Of a stretch of 64,000 bases of DNA, positions 19,911 to 30,831 are shown piece after piece. Below the pieces are notes generated by a model that ran no database searches, was not told where the DNA came from, and saw nothing but the letters and a program-made list of their open reading frames with translations. The stretch lies in contig DAJPHG010000001.1 of assembly GCA_025992315.1 (NCBI GenBank), positions 881,633-945,632 of the forward strand, written 5' to 3'. Every line of letters begins with the position of its first letter. Position 1 is the first letter of the stretch. The position numbers and the translations under genes are program-made. This DNA comes from Bacilli bacterium. Its GTDB lineage: Bacteria; Bacillota_I; Bacilli_A; RF39; UBA660.

Positions 19911-22817
19911 ATGTATTTTCCTTTATGTGTTACAACTGATCATACTTTGTTAAAAAGCATGATTAAAATAAAATCATTAATTGAATTTTGTAAACATAAT
20001 AGCATAAATACTTGTGGTATTTGTGATGAAAATATGTTTGGAGTTATCGAATTTTATAATGCCTGTTTAAATAATAATATTAAACCAGTTATTGGTATAA
20101 ATGTAAAACTAAATGATCAAGAAATATATCTTTATACCCAAAATTATAGTGGTTATCAAAATTTATTAAAAATAAATACTTTTATTCAAACTGAACAATT
20201 AAATATTGATTTTTTAGAGAAATATTCTTTAAACATTATATGTGTCATTCCTTTTAATAGTAAAGAATTATATAACCAACTAAAAGAAATTTATGAAATC
20301 GTATATATTTCATATTCTACAAATTACGAAAAAAATAACGCTTTGGTTTTAACTGATAAAATTGTCTTTATGCCTAAGATTAAATCTTTAACTATGGAAG
20401 ATAGCACTTATCTAAATTATTTAAGTATGATAAATAATGCTAAAACGATAAATGAGTGTAAAATGCATGATTATTCACTTAACAGTTATTATCTAGATTA
20501 TACAGAAGAAGATATTAAAACAACAATTGATTTTTCTAAATTAATAAATATTGTAATTCCTAAAGATAAAATATATATTCCTAAATATAAAAATGATAAT
20601 GATTCATATACTTTTTTAGCTGCTTTAGCAAATAAAGGGTTAAGTAAGAGATTAAATAATGAAGTTGACCATAAATATTTAGATAGATTAAACTATGAAT
20701 TAAATGTAATAAAAGAAATGAACTTCTCAGATTATTTCTTAATTGTATATGATTATATTTTATATGCTAAAAAAAATAATATTTTAGTTGGACCTGGTAG
20801 AGGAAGTGCTGCAGGTTCTTTAGTTGCTTATTCTTTAGGAATTACTGATATTGATCCTTTAAAATATAATTTATTATTTGAAAGATTCTTAAATAAAGAA
20901 CGTGTAACAATGCCTGATATTGATGTTGATTTTGAAGATACTAAAAGACATTTAGTTATTGAGTATTTAAAAGATAAATATGGTTTATATAATGTAGCTA
21001 ATATTATGACTTATTCTAATATGACAGCAAAGCAAGTGCTAAGAGATGTCGCTAAAATATTAGAAATTGAAGAAAATGAATTAACTAAAGTAACTAAATT
21101 AATTGATCCTAAAGCAACATTACAAGAAAATTTAAATAATCAAGAATTAAAACAAACAGTTTTAAACAATACTAATTTTAAAAATATGTATAAAATAGCT
21201 TTAAAATTAGAAGGAATAAAACGTCAAATTAGTACTCATGCTGCTGGCGTTGTTATATCTAGTGAAAAAATAGATAATCTTATTCCTATAGTAGTTAATA
21301 CGGATAATATTATGACTGGATGTACAATGGAATATTTAGAAGATCTTGGTTTAATTAAGATGGACTTGCTAGCAATTAGAAATTTAAGAACTATTAAAGA
21401 TATTTTAGATTTAATTAAAGAAAATTATAAGATAGATTTAAAATTATCAGAAATTCCTTTAGATGATTCCAAAACCTTAGATTTATTTAAAAATGGTAAT
21501 ACTATGGGTATTTTTCAGTTTGAAAGTGAAGGCATGAAAAGCGTTTTAAAAAAATTAAAGCCTTCATCATTTAGTGATATAATTGCAACTATTGCTTTAT
21601 ACCGTCCTGGACCTATGGATAATATAAATGAGTATATCGCTCGAAAAAACAATTTAAAACAAATAGATTATTTACATCCTAGTTTAGAGAATATTTTAAA
21701 AGAAACATACGGTATTATTATTTATCAAGAACAAATAATGCAAATATTGGTAAAGATGGGTAATTACTCTTATTTTCAAGCAGATAATATAAGAAGAGCA
21801 ATGAGTAAAAAGAAAAAAGATGTAATGTTAAAAGAAAGAGAAATATTTATAGCTAAAAGTAAAGAAAATAACTATAGTGAAGAAACTGCTATTAAAGTTT
21901 ATGATTTAATAGTAAAATTTGCTAATTATGGATTTAATAAATCTCATAGTGTTGCTTATGCTTTAATTGGTTATCAAATGGGCTATCTAAAAGTTCATTA
22001 TAGTTCTATATTTTATACTAATCTTTTGAATATGAGCATTGGTAGTGAAATAAAGACAAACGAATATCTTAATGCTTTAAAACAAATGAATATTAAACTA
22101 ATTGCACCTTCTATTAATTATAGTAGTGATGTTTATACTATTAAAAATCATAAAATTTTATTACCATTTGGAATCATAAAAAATTTTGGTAATAATTTTA
22201 CAGAAATTATTTTAAAAGAGAGACAAAATGGCATTTATTTAGATTTTACTGATTTTGTTAAGAGAACATTTAACAAAGGGATAACTAAAAAAGCTATTGA
22301 GGTTTTAATTTATAGTGGAGCATTTAATGAATTTGAATTAACTAAGAATACATTATTACATGCAATAGATAATGTAATAGATTATGCTTTATTAACTAAA
22401 GACATTGATTCACCTTTGATTTTAAAACCACGATTAGAAAATTATGAAGAGCTAAATGAAAAAGAAATAATTGATAAAGAAAAAGAAATATTTGGTTTTT
22501 ATATAACAAACCATCCTGCTAGTAAATATATTAAGAATATTGTTAAAATCAATAATGTTGAAAATTATTTTGATAAATTTATTAAATGTGTAATTTTAGT
22601 GGATAGAATTTATAATATAAAAACTAAGAAAAATGAAACAATGAGCTTTATAACGGGAGAAGATGAAACTGCAATTTTAGATTTTATAATATTTCCTAAT
22701 AAAAATAATTTGTTAACTAGATTTAAAAAAGATGATTTAGTATTAGTGAGCGGAAAAGTAGAAAAAAGAATTGATAAATATCAAGTTATTGTATCAAATT
22801 TAGAAAAAATTAAATAA
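19911..22817 (+). CDS. dnaE: DNA polymerase III alpha subunit DnaE (degenerate PHP motif)
   Basis: 968 aa with GPGRGSAAGSLVAYSLGITDIDP, MPDIDVDF, YRPGPM and FNKSHSVAYA motifs. The N-terminal HxHxH of the PHP domain is replaced (FPLCVTTDHTLL). Confidence 0.9.
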   Translation: MYFPLCVTTDHTLLKSMIKIKSLIEFCKHNSINTCGICDENMFGVIEFYNACLNNNIKPVIGINVKLNDQEIYLYTQNYSGYQNLLKINTFIQTEQLNIDFLEKYSLNIICVIPFNSKELYNQLKEIYEIVYISYSTNYEKNNALVLTDKIVFMPKIKSLTMEDSTYLNYLSMINNAKTINECKMHDYSLNSYYLDYTEEDIKTTIDFSKLINIVIPKDKIYIPKYKNDNDSYTFLAALANKGLSKRLNNEVDHKYLDRLNYELNVIKEMNFSDYFLIVYDYILYAKKNNILVGPGRGSAAGSLVAYSLGITDIDPLKYNLLFERFLNKERVTMPDIDVDFEDTKRHLVIEYLKDKYGLYNVANIMTYSNMTAKQVLRDVAKILEIEENELTKVTKLIDPKATLQENLNNQELKQTVLNNTNFKNMYKIALKLEGIKRQISTHAAGVVISSEKIDNLIPIVVNTDNIMTGCTMEYLEDLGLIKMDLLAIRNLRTIKDILDLIKENYKIDLKLSEIPLDDSKTLDLFKNGNTMGIFQFESEGMKSVLKKLKPSSFSDIIATIALYRPGPMDNINEYIARKNNLKQIDYLHPSLENILKETYGIIIYQEQIMQILVKMGNYSYFQADNIRRAMSKKKKDVMLKEREIFIAKSKENNYSEETAIKVYDLIVKFANYGFNKSHSVAYALIGYQMGYLKVHYSSIFYTNLLNMSIGSEIKTNEYLNALKQMNIKLIAPSINYSSDVYTIKNHKILLPFGIIKNFGNNFTEIILKERQNGIYLDFTDFVKRTFNKGITKKAIEVLIYSGAFNEFELTKNTLLHAIDNVIDYALLTKDIDSPLILKPRLENYEELNEKEIIDKEKEIFGFYITNHPASKYIKNIVKINNVENYFDKFIKCVILVDRIYNIKTKKNETMSFITGEDETAILDFIIFPNKNNLLTRFKKDDLVLVSGKVEKRIDKYQVIVSNLEKIK

Positions 22818-22853
22818 TTTATGTTAAAATAACAAAAGAAAGAAGTTTACAAT

Positions 22854-25800
22854 ATGAAAGATACAGATAGATTTTTTAAAAGTATAAAATTTGAAGATAG
22901 TAATAAGGATTTTAAGGATACTTCTATAGAAAAAGTGGTAATAAATAAACAAACTGAAAAATTTATTGTTTATTTAAATATAAAAGATATTTTGAAAAAA
23001 GATATTATTGATTCTTTATTTGCTGCTTTAAAAAATAAAATAAATGGATTAAAAGAAGTAGATGTAAAAATTAATTATTTGAATAAAAATAGTGAAGCAA
23101 TTTTAGAGTATTTTAAAATATTATTTAATGAATTATTAGAAAAAAGACCATCTTTAATTGGACTACTTGATTCTAAAATATCAATGGATAATAATATTAT
23201 AACTGTTGAAGTTAGTAATAAAATAGAAGAATTAGAAGTAGAAAAAGAAATTAATAATTTTTTAAATAGGTTAGAGAAATATGGTTTTAATGATATAAAA
23301 ATAGAAACTTACTTAAATAAAGAATTAGAACAAAATATAATAAAAAGTATCAATGAAAACAAAAGCGTAAGTGTAAAAAAAGAAGTTGAAGAGGAAAGTA
23401 ATATTATTATGGGTAAACATATTGATGGTGATATAGAAAGCCTAGATAATATTTTAGCTGATACTAAAAATATAATCGTTGAAGCTTATATATTTGGAAT
23501 TGATACTATGGAACGTGAAAATATAAATATTATTACGTTGAAAATTAGTGATAAAACAAATAGTATGCTTGCCAAAATTTTTAAAAGAGATAAAGATGAA
23601 TATCATAGTGTTCTAAAACATTTAAAAGAAGGTTCTTGGTATAGATTCCATGGTAATGTAGATTTTGATAATTTTGCTAAAGATTTAGTTTTAAGTATTA
23701 GAAACTTAGAAAAAATAGATTCAAAAGATAACAAGTTAGTTGATGATGCAGAAGTAAAAAGAGTTGAGTTACATGCTCATACTTTTATGAGTATGATGGA
23801 TAGTGTTGTTCCGGCAAAAGATTTAATGAAACATGCCTTAGCCTTAGGTCATAAAGCAGTTGCTGTTACTGATCATAACTGTTTGCAATCTTATCCAGAT
23901 TTATATCATGAAGTATGTGCTTATAATAAAGGAAAAGAAGGCGAAGATCGTTTTAAAGTACTGTATGGGGCTGAGCTAAATGTTGTTAATGATGATGTTG
24001 ATGTTGTATTTAATCCAAAAGAATATAATTTAATGGATCAAACTTATGTTGTTTTTGATACTGAAACAACTGGATTCCACCCTGGACATGACCAAATGAT
24101 TGAAATTGGAGCAGTAAAAATCAAAAATGATGAAATTATAGATCGCTTTGATGAATTAATTGATCCTCAAAGGCCACTTCCAAAAAAGATTACAGAGCTA
24201 ACATGTATAACTGATGAAATGTTGCAAGGTAAAGATAGCGAAGAAAATGTAACTAAAAGATTTTTAGAGTGGGTTGGAGATCTACCAATGGTTGCTCATA
24301 ATGCTAAATTTGATATTTCATTTATGAAGATGTCTATGCAAAAATATGGGTTAGGTGAATTTGAAAACACAGTACTTGATACAATGAGTATTGCACGTAT
24401 TTTAAATCCTGACTGGCCAAACCATAAATTAACAACACTAGTAAGAAGATATAAAATTGACTGGGATGAAGATGCTCATCATAGAGCAGATTATGATAGT
24501 GAAGGAACTGCTAAAGCTTTTTATAAAATGGCTAAAATAATGTATGATCGAAATATTGAAACAACTATGGATGTTTATAATTCTATTGATCAGGAACAAT
24601 TAGTTAAGTTTTCATTTCCCTTCCATATAACTTTATATGCTAAAAATAAAGTTGGTTTAAAAAATTTATTTAAGATAATAAGTATGGCAAATACTAAATA
24701 TTTATATAAAAATGATCAACCAAAAATACCACGTAAAGAGATTATTGCTCATAAAGATGGCTTAATTATAGGTAGTGGTTGTGTTAATGGAGAAATTTTT
24801 GAAGCTGCTTTAACAAAAGAAGATGATGAATTATCAAATATGATGCAATTCTATGATTTTATAGAAGTACAACCAATAGAACATATGACTCAGCTTTTAC
24901 AAATGGAATCAAGTGGATTTAAGACAGAAATCGATTTGCAAAATCATATTAAAAAGATAATAAGAGTAGCTAAAGAAGCCGGTAAAATTGTCTGTGCAAC
25001 TGGTGATGTTCATAATTTAACTAAAGAAGATAAAATTTATCGTGAGATAATATGTGCTCAAAGAACGAATGGTAAGTTGCACCCTCTTAATAGAAAAGGT
25101 ATTACTGTACCAAATATGTCTTTTAAAACTACAAATGAAATGAAAGAAGCTTTTTCTTTCTTAGAAGATCAAGAACTAATTGAGGAAATAGTTGTAGAGA
25201 ATACTAATAAAATAGCAGATGAAATAGAAGAATTAGAAGTAATTATTGAAACTGGTGGTATTCCATTTGCGCCTAAAATTGATAATTCACAGATGATAGT
25301 TACAAATATGGTTTATGAAAAAGCTACTAGATTGTATGGATTTCCACTTCCTCATCATATAGAAGAACGTTTAGCTTTAGAATTATATGGAGCAAAATTT
25401 ATCGATGCTTTAAAATTAGTCGTAGATAATGATGAAGAAAAATTATATCCATATTTACATGATACGGTAACAAAGGGACCTGAAGTAGTTGCTCAAGAAA
25501 TGGCAAAAGGTTTAATGATAGCCAATAGTGAACTTACTCAAGAAGAAGCTTTAAAAGAAGCAAATGATAAACTTACTGCAATTATCGGAGCTAATTTTGA
25601 CGTTATATATTTAATTGCTCAAAAATTAGTTAAACATTCTAATGACGAAGGTTATTTGGTTGGATCCCGTGGTTCAGTTGGCTCATCTTTAGTTGCATAT
25701 ATGATGGGAATAACTGAAGTAAATAGTTTATCTCCGCATTATAGATGTCCAAAATGTAAAAAGAGTTTCTTTAATGATGAAAATGGTGATTCTTATGGTA

Positions 25801-27371
25801 ATACATATAAGTGCGGTTATGATTTACCAGATAAAGAATGTAGTGATTGCCATGTTCCATTTGTAAAAGATGGGCATGATATTCCATTTGAAACTTTCTT
25901 AGGCTTTAATGCTGATAAAGTTCCTGATATTGACCTTAACTTCTCTGATTTAAATCAAGCAAGCGCCCATGAATATACAAAAGTATTGTTTGGGGTAGAT
26001 AATGTTTATAGAGCAGGTACTATTGGTACAGTTGCCGAAAAGACAGCGTTTGGTTTTGTAAGAGGTTATTGTGAAGAAAAAAATATTATTATGCGAAATA
26101 TTGAAGTTGAAAGATTAGCTAAGGGCTGTACTGGTGTAAAAAGAACAACTGGTCAACATCCAGGTGGTATTGTTGTTATTCCTGGTTATATGGATGTATA
26201 TGATTTTACACCTTTTCAATATCCGGCAGAAGATCCAACAAGTGCATGGCGAACTACTCATTTTGATTACCATGCTATAGATCAAGATGTATTAAAATTA
26301 GATATACTAGGACATACAGATCCAACTCAATTAAGAATGATTCAAGATATTACAGGTGATGATATCACAAAAGTTCCATTAGATGATAAAGCAACAATGT
26401 CTATTTTTACTTCAACTAAAGCTTTAGGAGTTACAAAAGATCAAATAATGTGTGAAACAGGAACTCTTGGTGTTCCCGAATTTGGAACCGGATTTACAAT
26501 AAAATTAGTAGAAGATACTAAACCAACAACATTTGCAGAGTTAGTTAAAATTTCAGGACTTGCTCATGGAACTGATGTATGGTTAGGTAATGCTCAAGAA
26601 TTAATTAAAAATAATGTAGTTCCTTTTGCCAAAGTTATTGGGTGTCGTGACGATATTATGGTTGAACTTATGTATCGAGGATTACCACCTTTTAAAGCGT
26701 TTAAAATAATGGAATTTGTTAGAAAAGGAAGAGCAAGTAAGCCAAAAGATGCTCAAGAATGGCAAGAATATGTTAAACTAATGCATGAATATGACGTAGA
26801 TGAATGGTTTATTAATTCATGTGCTAAAATTAAGTACATGTTTCCAAAAGCCCATGCTGCTGCATATGTTACTTCTGCTTTTAGAATAGCATGGTATAAA
26901 GTTCATAAACCAATAGTTTATTATGCAACATATTTTTCGACTCGTTTTGATGATTTTGATGTTTTAGCAATGATTGGAGGATATGACTCAATTAAAACTA
27001 AAATGATGGAATTACAATCTAAGGGATATGATATGACTAATAAAGAATCATCAACATTAGAAACTTTAAAACTTGCTTTAGAAGCAACTGCTCGAGGTTT
27101 TAATTTTAAAAATATTGACATAGAAAAAAGCGATTCGCATAATTTTGTTATAGATGAGGATGAAAAATCTTTGATCATGCCATTTAGAGCTCTTGATGGT
27201 TTGGGAGAACAGGTTGCAAGAACTATAATTGCTGAAAGAGAAAATAAGCCTTATTACAGTATTGAAGATTTACAAATAAGAGGTAAAGTTAATACTACGA
27301 CTATGGCTAAACTGCGTGCTTTAGGAGTATTAGATGGTATGCCAGAGACTTCTCAATTAAGTTTATTTTAG
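22854..27371 (+). CDS. polC: DNA polymerase III PolC (Gram-positive replicase with 3'-5' exonuclease)
   Basis: 1505 aa. It has a PHP domain (ELHAHTFMS), a DEDDh exonuclease insert (VVFDTETTG, AHNAKFD), the zinc module CPKC...CSDC and the polymerase core. Confidence 0.97.
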   Translation: MKDTDRFFKSIKFEDSNKDFKDTSIEKVVINKQTEKFIVYLNIKDILKKDIIDSLFAALKNKINGLKEVDVKINYLNKNSEAILEYFKILFNELLEKRPSLIGLLDSKISMDNNIITVEVSNKIEELEVEKEINNFLNRLEKYGFNDIKIETYLNKELEQNIIKSINENKSVSVKKEVEEESNIIMGKHIDGDIESLDNILADTKNIIVEAYIFGIDTMERENINIITLKISDKTNSMLAKIFKRDKDEYHSVLKHLKEGSWYRFHGNVDFDNFAKDLVLSIRNLEKIDSKDNKLVDDAEVKRVELHAHTFMSMMDSVVPAKDLMKHALALGHKAVAVTDHNCLQSYPDLYHEVCAYNKGKEGEDRFKVLYGAELNVVNDDVDVVFNPKEYNLMDQTYVVFDTETTGFHPGHDQMIEIGAVKIKNDEIIDRFDELIDPQRPLPKKITELTCITDEMLQGKDSEENVTKRFLEWVGDLPMVAHNAKFDISFMKMSMQKYGLGEFENTVLDTMSIARILNPDWPNHKLTTLVRRYKIDWDEDAHHRADYDSEGTAKAFYKMAKIMYDRNIETTMDVYNSIDQEQLVKFSFPFHITLYAKNKVGLKNLFKIISMANTKYLYKNDQPKIPRKEIIAHKDGLIIGSGCVNGEIFEAALTKEDDELSNMMQFYDFIEVQPIEHMTQLLQMESSGFKTEIDLQNHIKKIIRVAKEAGKIVCATGDVHNLTKEDKIYREIICAQRTNGKLHPLNRKGITVPNMSFKTTNEMKEAFSFLEDQELIEEIVVENTNKIADEIEELEVIIETGGIPFAPKIDNSQMIVTNMVYEKATRLYGFPLPHHIEERLALELYGAKFIDALKLVVDNDEEKLYPYLHDTVTKGPEVVAQEMAKGLMIANSELTQEEALKEANDKLTAIIGANFDVIYLIAQKLVKHSNDEGYLVGSRGSVGSSLVAYMMGITEVNSLSPHYRCPKCKKSFFNDENGDSYGNTYKCGYDLPDKECSDCHVPFVKDGHDIPFETFLGFNADKVPDIDLNFSDLNQASAHEYTKVLFGVDNVYRAGTIGTVAEKTAFGFVRGYCEEKNIIMRNIEVERLAKGCTGVKRTTGQHPGGIVVIPGYMDVYDFTPFQYPAEDPTSAWRTTHFDYHAIDQDVLKLDILGHTDPTQLRMIQDITGDDITKVPLDDKATMSIFTSTKALGVTKDQIMCETGTLGVPEFGTGFTIKLVEDTKPTTFAELVKISGLAHGTDVWLGNAQELIKNNVVPFAKVIGCRDDIMVELMYRGLPPFKAFKIMEFVRKGRASKPKDAQEWQEYVKLMHEYDVDEWFINSCAKIKYMFPKAHAAAYVTSAFRIAWYKVHKPIVYYATYFSTRFDDFDVLAMIGGYDSIKTKMMELQSKGYDMTNKESSTLETLKLALEATARGFNFKNIDIEKSDSHNFVIDEDEKSLIMPFRALDGLGEQVARTIIAERENKPYYSIEDLQIRGKVNTTTMAKLRALGVLDGMPETSQLSLF

Positions 27372-27382
27372 GAGATGATTTT

Positions 27383-28069
27383 ATTAAACCTATAATAGGT
27401 ATTGTTTCACAAGCACAAGGCTTTAATAATGATGGTATATTTAATGATAGATATTATATTTTAAATACTTATATAAAAATACTAGAAGAAAATAATGCAG
27501 TTGCAATAGGTATCGTATTTAATGATTTAAAAATTATAGAAGAGTCATTAAAATTATGCGATGCTTTTTTGCTAACTGGTGGTATTAGAATTGATAAATA
27601 CCATTTAAAAATAATAGACTATGCAATTAAAAATAACATTCCAATTTTAGGAATATGTTGTGGAATGCAAGCTATGGCAATGTATTCTTTAAATAATTTT
27701 AATGAAATTAAAGTATTAGAAAAAATAGACTCTACAATTAATCATAATGAAACTGCAGCTAGAAATTCTTTGGCACATCAAGTGAAGATAAAACAGGACA
27801 GTTGGCTATTTAAAATATTTGATAAAACTGAAATAGAAGTAAATAGCTATCATAATTTTAAAGTAAAAAAGATTGGTAAAAATTTTGATATTATAGCAAA
27901 ATCTAAAGATAATATTATTGAAGCGATAGAGTATAAAAATAAAGATCAATTTGTTTTGGGAGTACAGTGGCATCCAGAACTTTTGAGTAATCATAGTATA
28001 ATATTTCAAGAATTCATAAGACAGGCAAGGAAGTATAATGAAAATAAATGTAGAAAATATAGTAATTAA
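27383..28069 (+). CDS. class I glutamine amidotransferase / peptidase C26 (gamma-glutamyl hydrolase-like), no canonical start codon
   Basis: The conserved KPIIGI N-terminus is in frame from 27386. Also present are ILGICCGMQAM (nucleophile Cys) and QWHPE. The only in-frame candidate start after AGGAG (27370-27374) is ATT at 27383. The TTG at 27569 in the track would delete about 60 conserved residues. Confidence 0.7.
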   Translation: MKPIIGIVSQAQGFNNDGIFNDRYYILNTYIKILEENNAVAIGIVFNDLKIIEESLKLCDAFLLTGGIRIDKYHLKIIDYAIKNNIPILGICCGMQAMAMYSLNNFNEIKVLEKIDSTINHNETAARNSLAHQVKIKQDSWLFKIFDKTEIEVNSYHNFKVKKIGKNFDIIAKSKDNIIEAIEYKNKDQFVLGVQWHPELLSNHSIIFQEFIRQARKYNENKCRKYSN

Positions 28070-28862
28070 TCAGAAATATAAATCTAAAATTGTAGTTATA
28101 AGTGATATTCACCATATAAAATCTTGCGATGATAAATTTTATAATGAAATTTTAGAAACTATAAGAAAAATAAAACCTAAATATATTCTATCTCCTGGAG
28201 ATATAGTAGAACATCCTAAATTTATTCAAGATAAATCTATAAAATATTTAATAAGCTTTATTACTAATTTAGCTTTAATAGCACCTGTAATTATTTCTAA
28301 AGGTAATCATGAAATAAAAACTAATTTAACTGATATTAAAGCTCTTTATAGAAAATTAGACAAACTTAATAATGTTTATATCTTAGATAATAAATCAATT
28401 ATTCTTGGTGATTATCAATTTATAGGTTTTTCTCCAAGTAATAAATCTTATTTTAAAAAATATAAAAGCATTTGGCAGCAAAATTTTATTGAAGAAGCAA
28501 ATAACTGTAATTTTAAAACTGATAATCAAAAAACAAAAATTTTATTATGTCACAGTCCAAGTGTAGTTATAAGTGATGAAGTACAAAAAAATGTCTCTTT
28601 TTTAAAAAATGTTGATTACATAATATGTGGCCATATGCATAATGGACTGACACCTAAATTTTTAGATAATACTTTAAAAACTAAAGGACTTTTTGGACCA
28701 GAATATATCTTTTTTCCTAAATATTGTAGAGGAGTACATAAATTAAATAATAATGGTAAACTTATAGTATGCAAATCGTTAAGAGCACTAACTAAAGATA
28801 ATATTTTATTTAAAAGTTTAGATAAATTATATTATAGAAATATAACATTTATAGAAATTTAA
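28038..28862 (+). CDS. metallophosphoesterase (calcineurin-like)
   Basis: Contains VISDIHH, SPGDIVEH, GNHE and GHMHNG motifs. Confidence 0.75.
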   Translation: MKINVENIVINQKYKSKIVVISDIHHIKSCDDKFYNEILETIRKIKPKYILSPGDIVEHPKFIQDKSIKYLISFITNLALIAPVIISKGNHEIKTNLTDIKALYRKLDKLNNVYILDNKSIILGDYQFIGFSPSNKSYFKKYKSIWQQNFIEEANNCNFKTDNQKTKILLCHSPSVVISDEVQKNVSFLKNVDYIICGHMHNGLTPKFLDNTLKTKGLFGPEYIFFPKYCRGVHKLNNNGKLIVCKSLRALTKDNILFKSLDKLYYRNITFIEI

Positions 28863-28933
28863 TTATTATACTTCTTGTCAAAATTATATAAATGTGGTAT
28901 TATAGTTTACTATTTTGATTTAAGGAGAGAAGC

Positions 28934-29539
28934 ATGATGAAATATCAATTAGTATTAAAAAACGGAAAAAATAATTATCAACCAATGGAATACTATCAAT
29001 TAGTAGATAATGATATAGATATTTATAACTTAGAAAATATAGATGAATTTACCATTCAATTTGATAATGAAAATGATTTAAAAAATGAATTTATAAAAGC
29101 AAACTTTATGGATGAAGAAGACAGAGATAAGAAATTAAAAATAGTCTTTTACGAAAATGGTAAGTTTAGGGAGTTAAAGTATGGTTTGTTATTTCAAAAA
29201 AGTTTGGACTATAGAGAATTAGTATTCTTTATTTTTCACAATTTAAAACGACCTCAAGTTTTGAATAAAATATATAATGAATTTAAAAATACAAAAGATT
29301 TAAGCGATGAATTCAAAGAATTGCTTGAATTGATGAAAAATATAAAAATTGTGCAAGAAAATGACTTGACAAAAATATATGCAATAAGTAGTTGCCCGTA
29401 TGATGAAAGAAGAAATTTAGGAATATATATTTTAGATAATTTTTATGATATACTAATAAATGAAGATATTTTGCAGAATACGGGTGATAAGAATGAATGG
29501 AAGATTCAACAAAGAATCAGAAAGAATACTAACCAATAA
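28934..29539 (+). CDS. hypothetical protein
   Basis: 201 aa with an AAGGAGAG RBS. No family recognised. Confidence 0.5.
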   Translation: MMKYQLVLKNGKNNYQPMEYYQLVDNDIDIYNLENIDEFTIQFDNENDLKNEFIKANFMDEEDRDKKLKIVFYENGKFRELKYGLLFQKSLDYRELVFFIFHNLKRPQVLNKIYNEFKNTKDLSDEFKELLELMKNIKIVQENDLTKIYAISSCPYDERRNLGIYILDNFYDILINEDILQNTGDKNEWKIQQRIRKNTNQ

Positions 29540-29882
29540 CTTAGAAACAATTATAGTAGATATTATTAGAATGCGTAATAATAGAGGGAAAAATATTGAT
29601 TATGCATGGTTAAAAAGTCAACCTAAAAAAATTATATTAGGAATATATAAAAGTGAACTAGAAAAATTAAAAATGAGTAAAGAAATAAAAACTCAGGTAT
29701 CTATAGATGAAGTTAAAGAATTTTATATGTTAGATGAAGATATAGATGAATTATTAAAACAAGGACATTTATTAGATGAAGAAGCAATTCCTACATATGA
29801 TGATAGAGGCATGCCAATTCCTGATATAGCAAGAATGAAAATTGCTGAAGATAAGCGATTGTTAAAGAGACATAATGGATAA
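29493..29882 (+). CDS. hypothetical protein (overlaps the previous ORF in the +1 frame)
   Basis: ATG at 29493 follows GGGTGA. The 3' end overlaps the xer start. No family recognised. Confidence 0.45.
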   Translation: MNGRFNKESERILTNNLETIIVDIIRMRNNRGKNIDYAWLKSQPKKIILGIYKSELEKLKMSKEIKTQVSIDEVKEFYMLDEDIDELLKQGHLLDEEAIPTYDDRGMPIPDIARMKIAEDKRLLKRHNG

Positions 29883-30762
29883 ATATATTACTTTATTTTT
29901 AAATTATTTAGTTAATGAAAGAAATTATCCTAATGATACTACGGCAAAAAATTATGAGCTTGATTTATTAAATTATCAGGATTTTTTAAAAGAAAATAAT
30001 TTAAATTATTTAAAGATAACTAAAGATGATATTCGTTCTTATTTAAAATATTTAGATAAATTAAAATATAAAAATTCTTCTATATCTAGGCATTTAAGTA
30101 GTTTAAGAACTTTTTATGGCTTTTTAGTAAATGAAGGAGTAATAGAAAGTAATATTTTTAAAAGTATATCTTCACCAAAAAAAAAGAAGAAACTTCCTAA
30201 TTTTTTGCAATATGATGAAGTTGAAAAAATGTTAAGTGTATGTGATTTGAAAGAACCACTTCATATTAGAAATCGTTTAATTATCGAGACTCTTTATGAT
30301 ACAGGAATTCGTGTAAGTGAATTAGTTAATATAAAATTAAATGATTTAAATATAGCAACAAAAGAAATAAGAGTTTTAGGTAAAGGAAGTAAAGAAAGAA
30401 TTGTATATTTTGGGGATTATGAAATAGATATTTTGAATTTATATTTAAATCAAGCTAGACCCAAACTTTTAAAAAATAAAAGTAATGATTATTTATTACT
30501 AAATCATTTAGGGGATAGACTAACTGATAGAGGAGTAAGATTAATAATAGATGATGTTATTAAAAAAGCAAGTTTAAAACATAAAGTATCTCCCCATACT
30601 TTAAGGCATACATTTGCTACTCATTTGTTAAATGAAGGTGCCGATTTAAAAAGTGTCCAAGAGTTACTTGGTCATAGTAGTTTAAGCACTACCCAAATTT
30701 ATACCCATGTTTCTAATGAAAGATTACGTTCTGTTTACTTAAAAAGTCATCCAAGACTATAA
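29875..30762 (+). CDS. tyrosine recombinase XerC/XerD family
   Basis: 295 aa with an N-terminal SAM-like domain and the catalytic region (ARVSEL-type R, HTLRHTFATHLL, LLGHSSLSTTQIYTHV). Confidence 0.85.
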   Translation: MDKYITLFLNYLVNERNYPNDTTAKNYELDLLNYQDFLKENNLNYLKITKDDIRSYLKYLDKLKYKNSSISRHLSSLRTFYGFLVNEGVIESNIFKSISSPKKKKKLPNFLQYDEVEKMLSVCDLKEPLHIRNRLIIETLYDTGIRVSELVNIKLNDLNIATKEIRVLGKGSKERIVYFGDYEIDILNLYLNQARPKLLKNKSNDYLLLNHLGDRLTDRGVRLIIDDVIKKASLKHKVSPHTLRHTFATHLLNEGADLKSVQELLGHSSLSTTQIYTHVSNERLRSVYLKSHPRL

Positions 30763-30831
30763 ATTTAAAATTAATTATTGATAAGCAAAATTAAAATTGA
30801 TATTATTATTTTAGAATAAAGGAGAATATAT

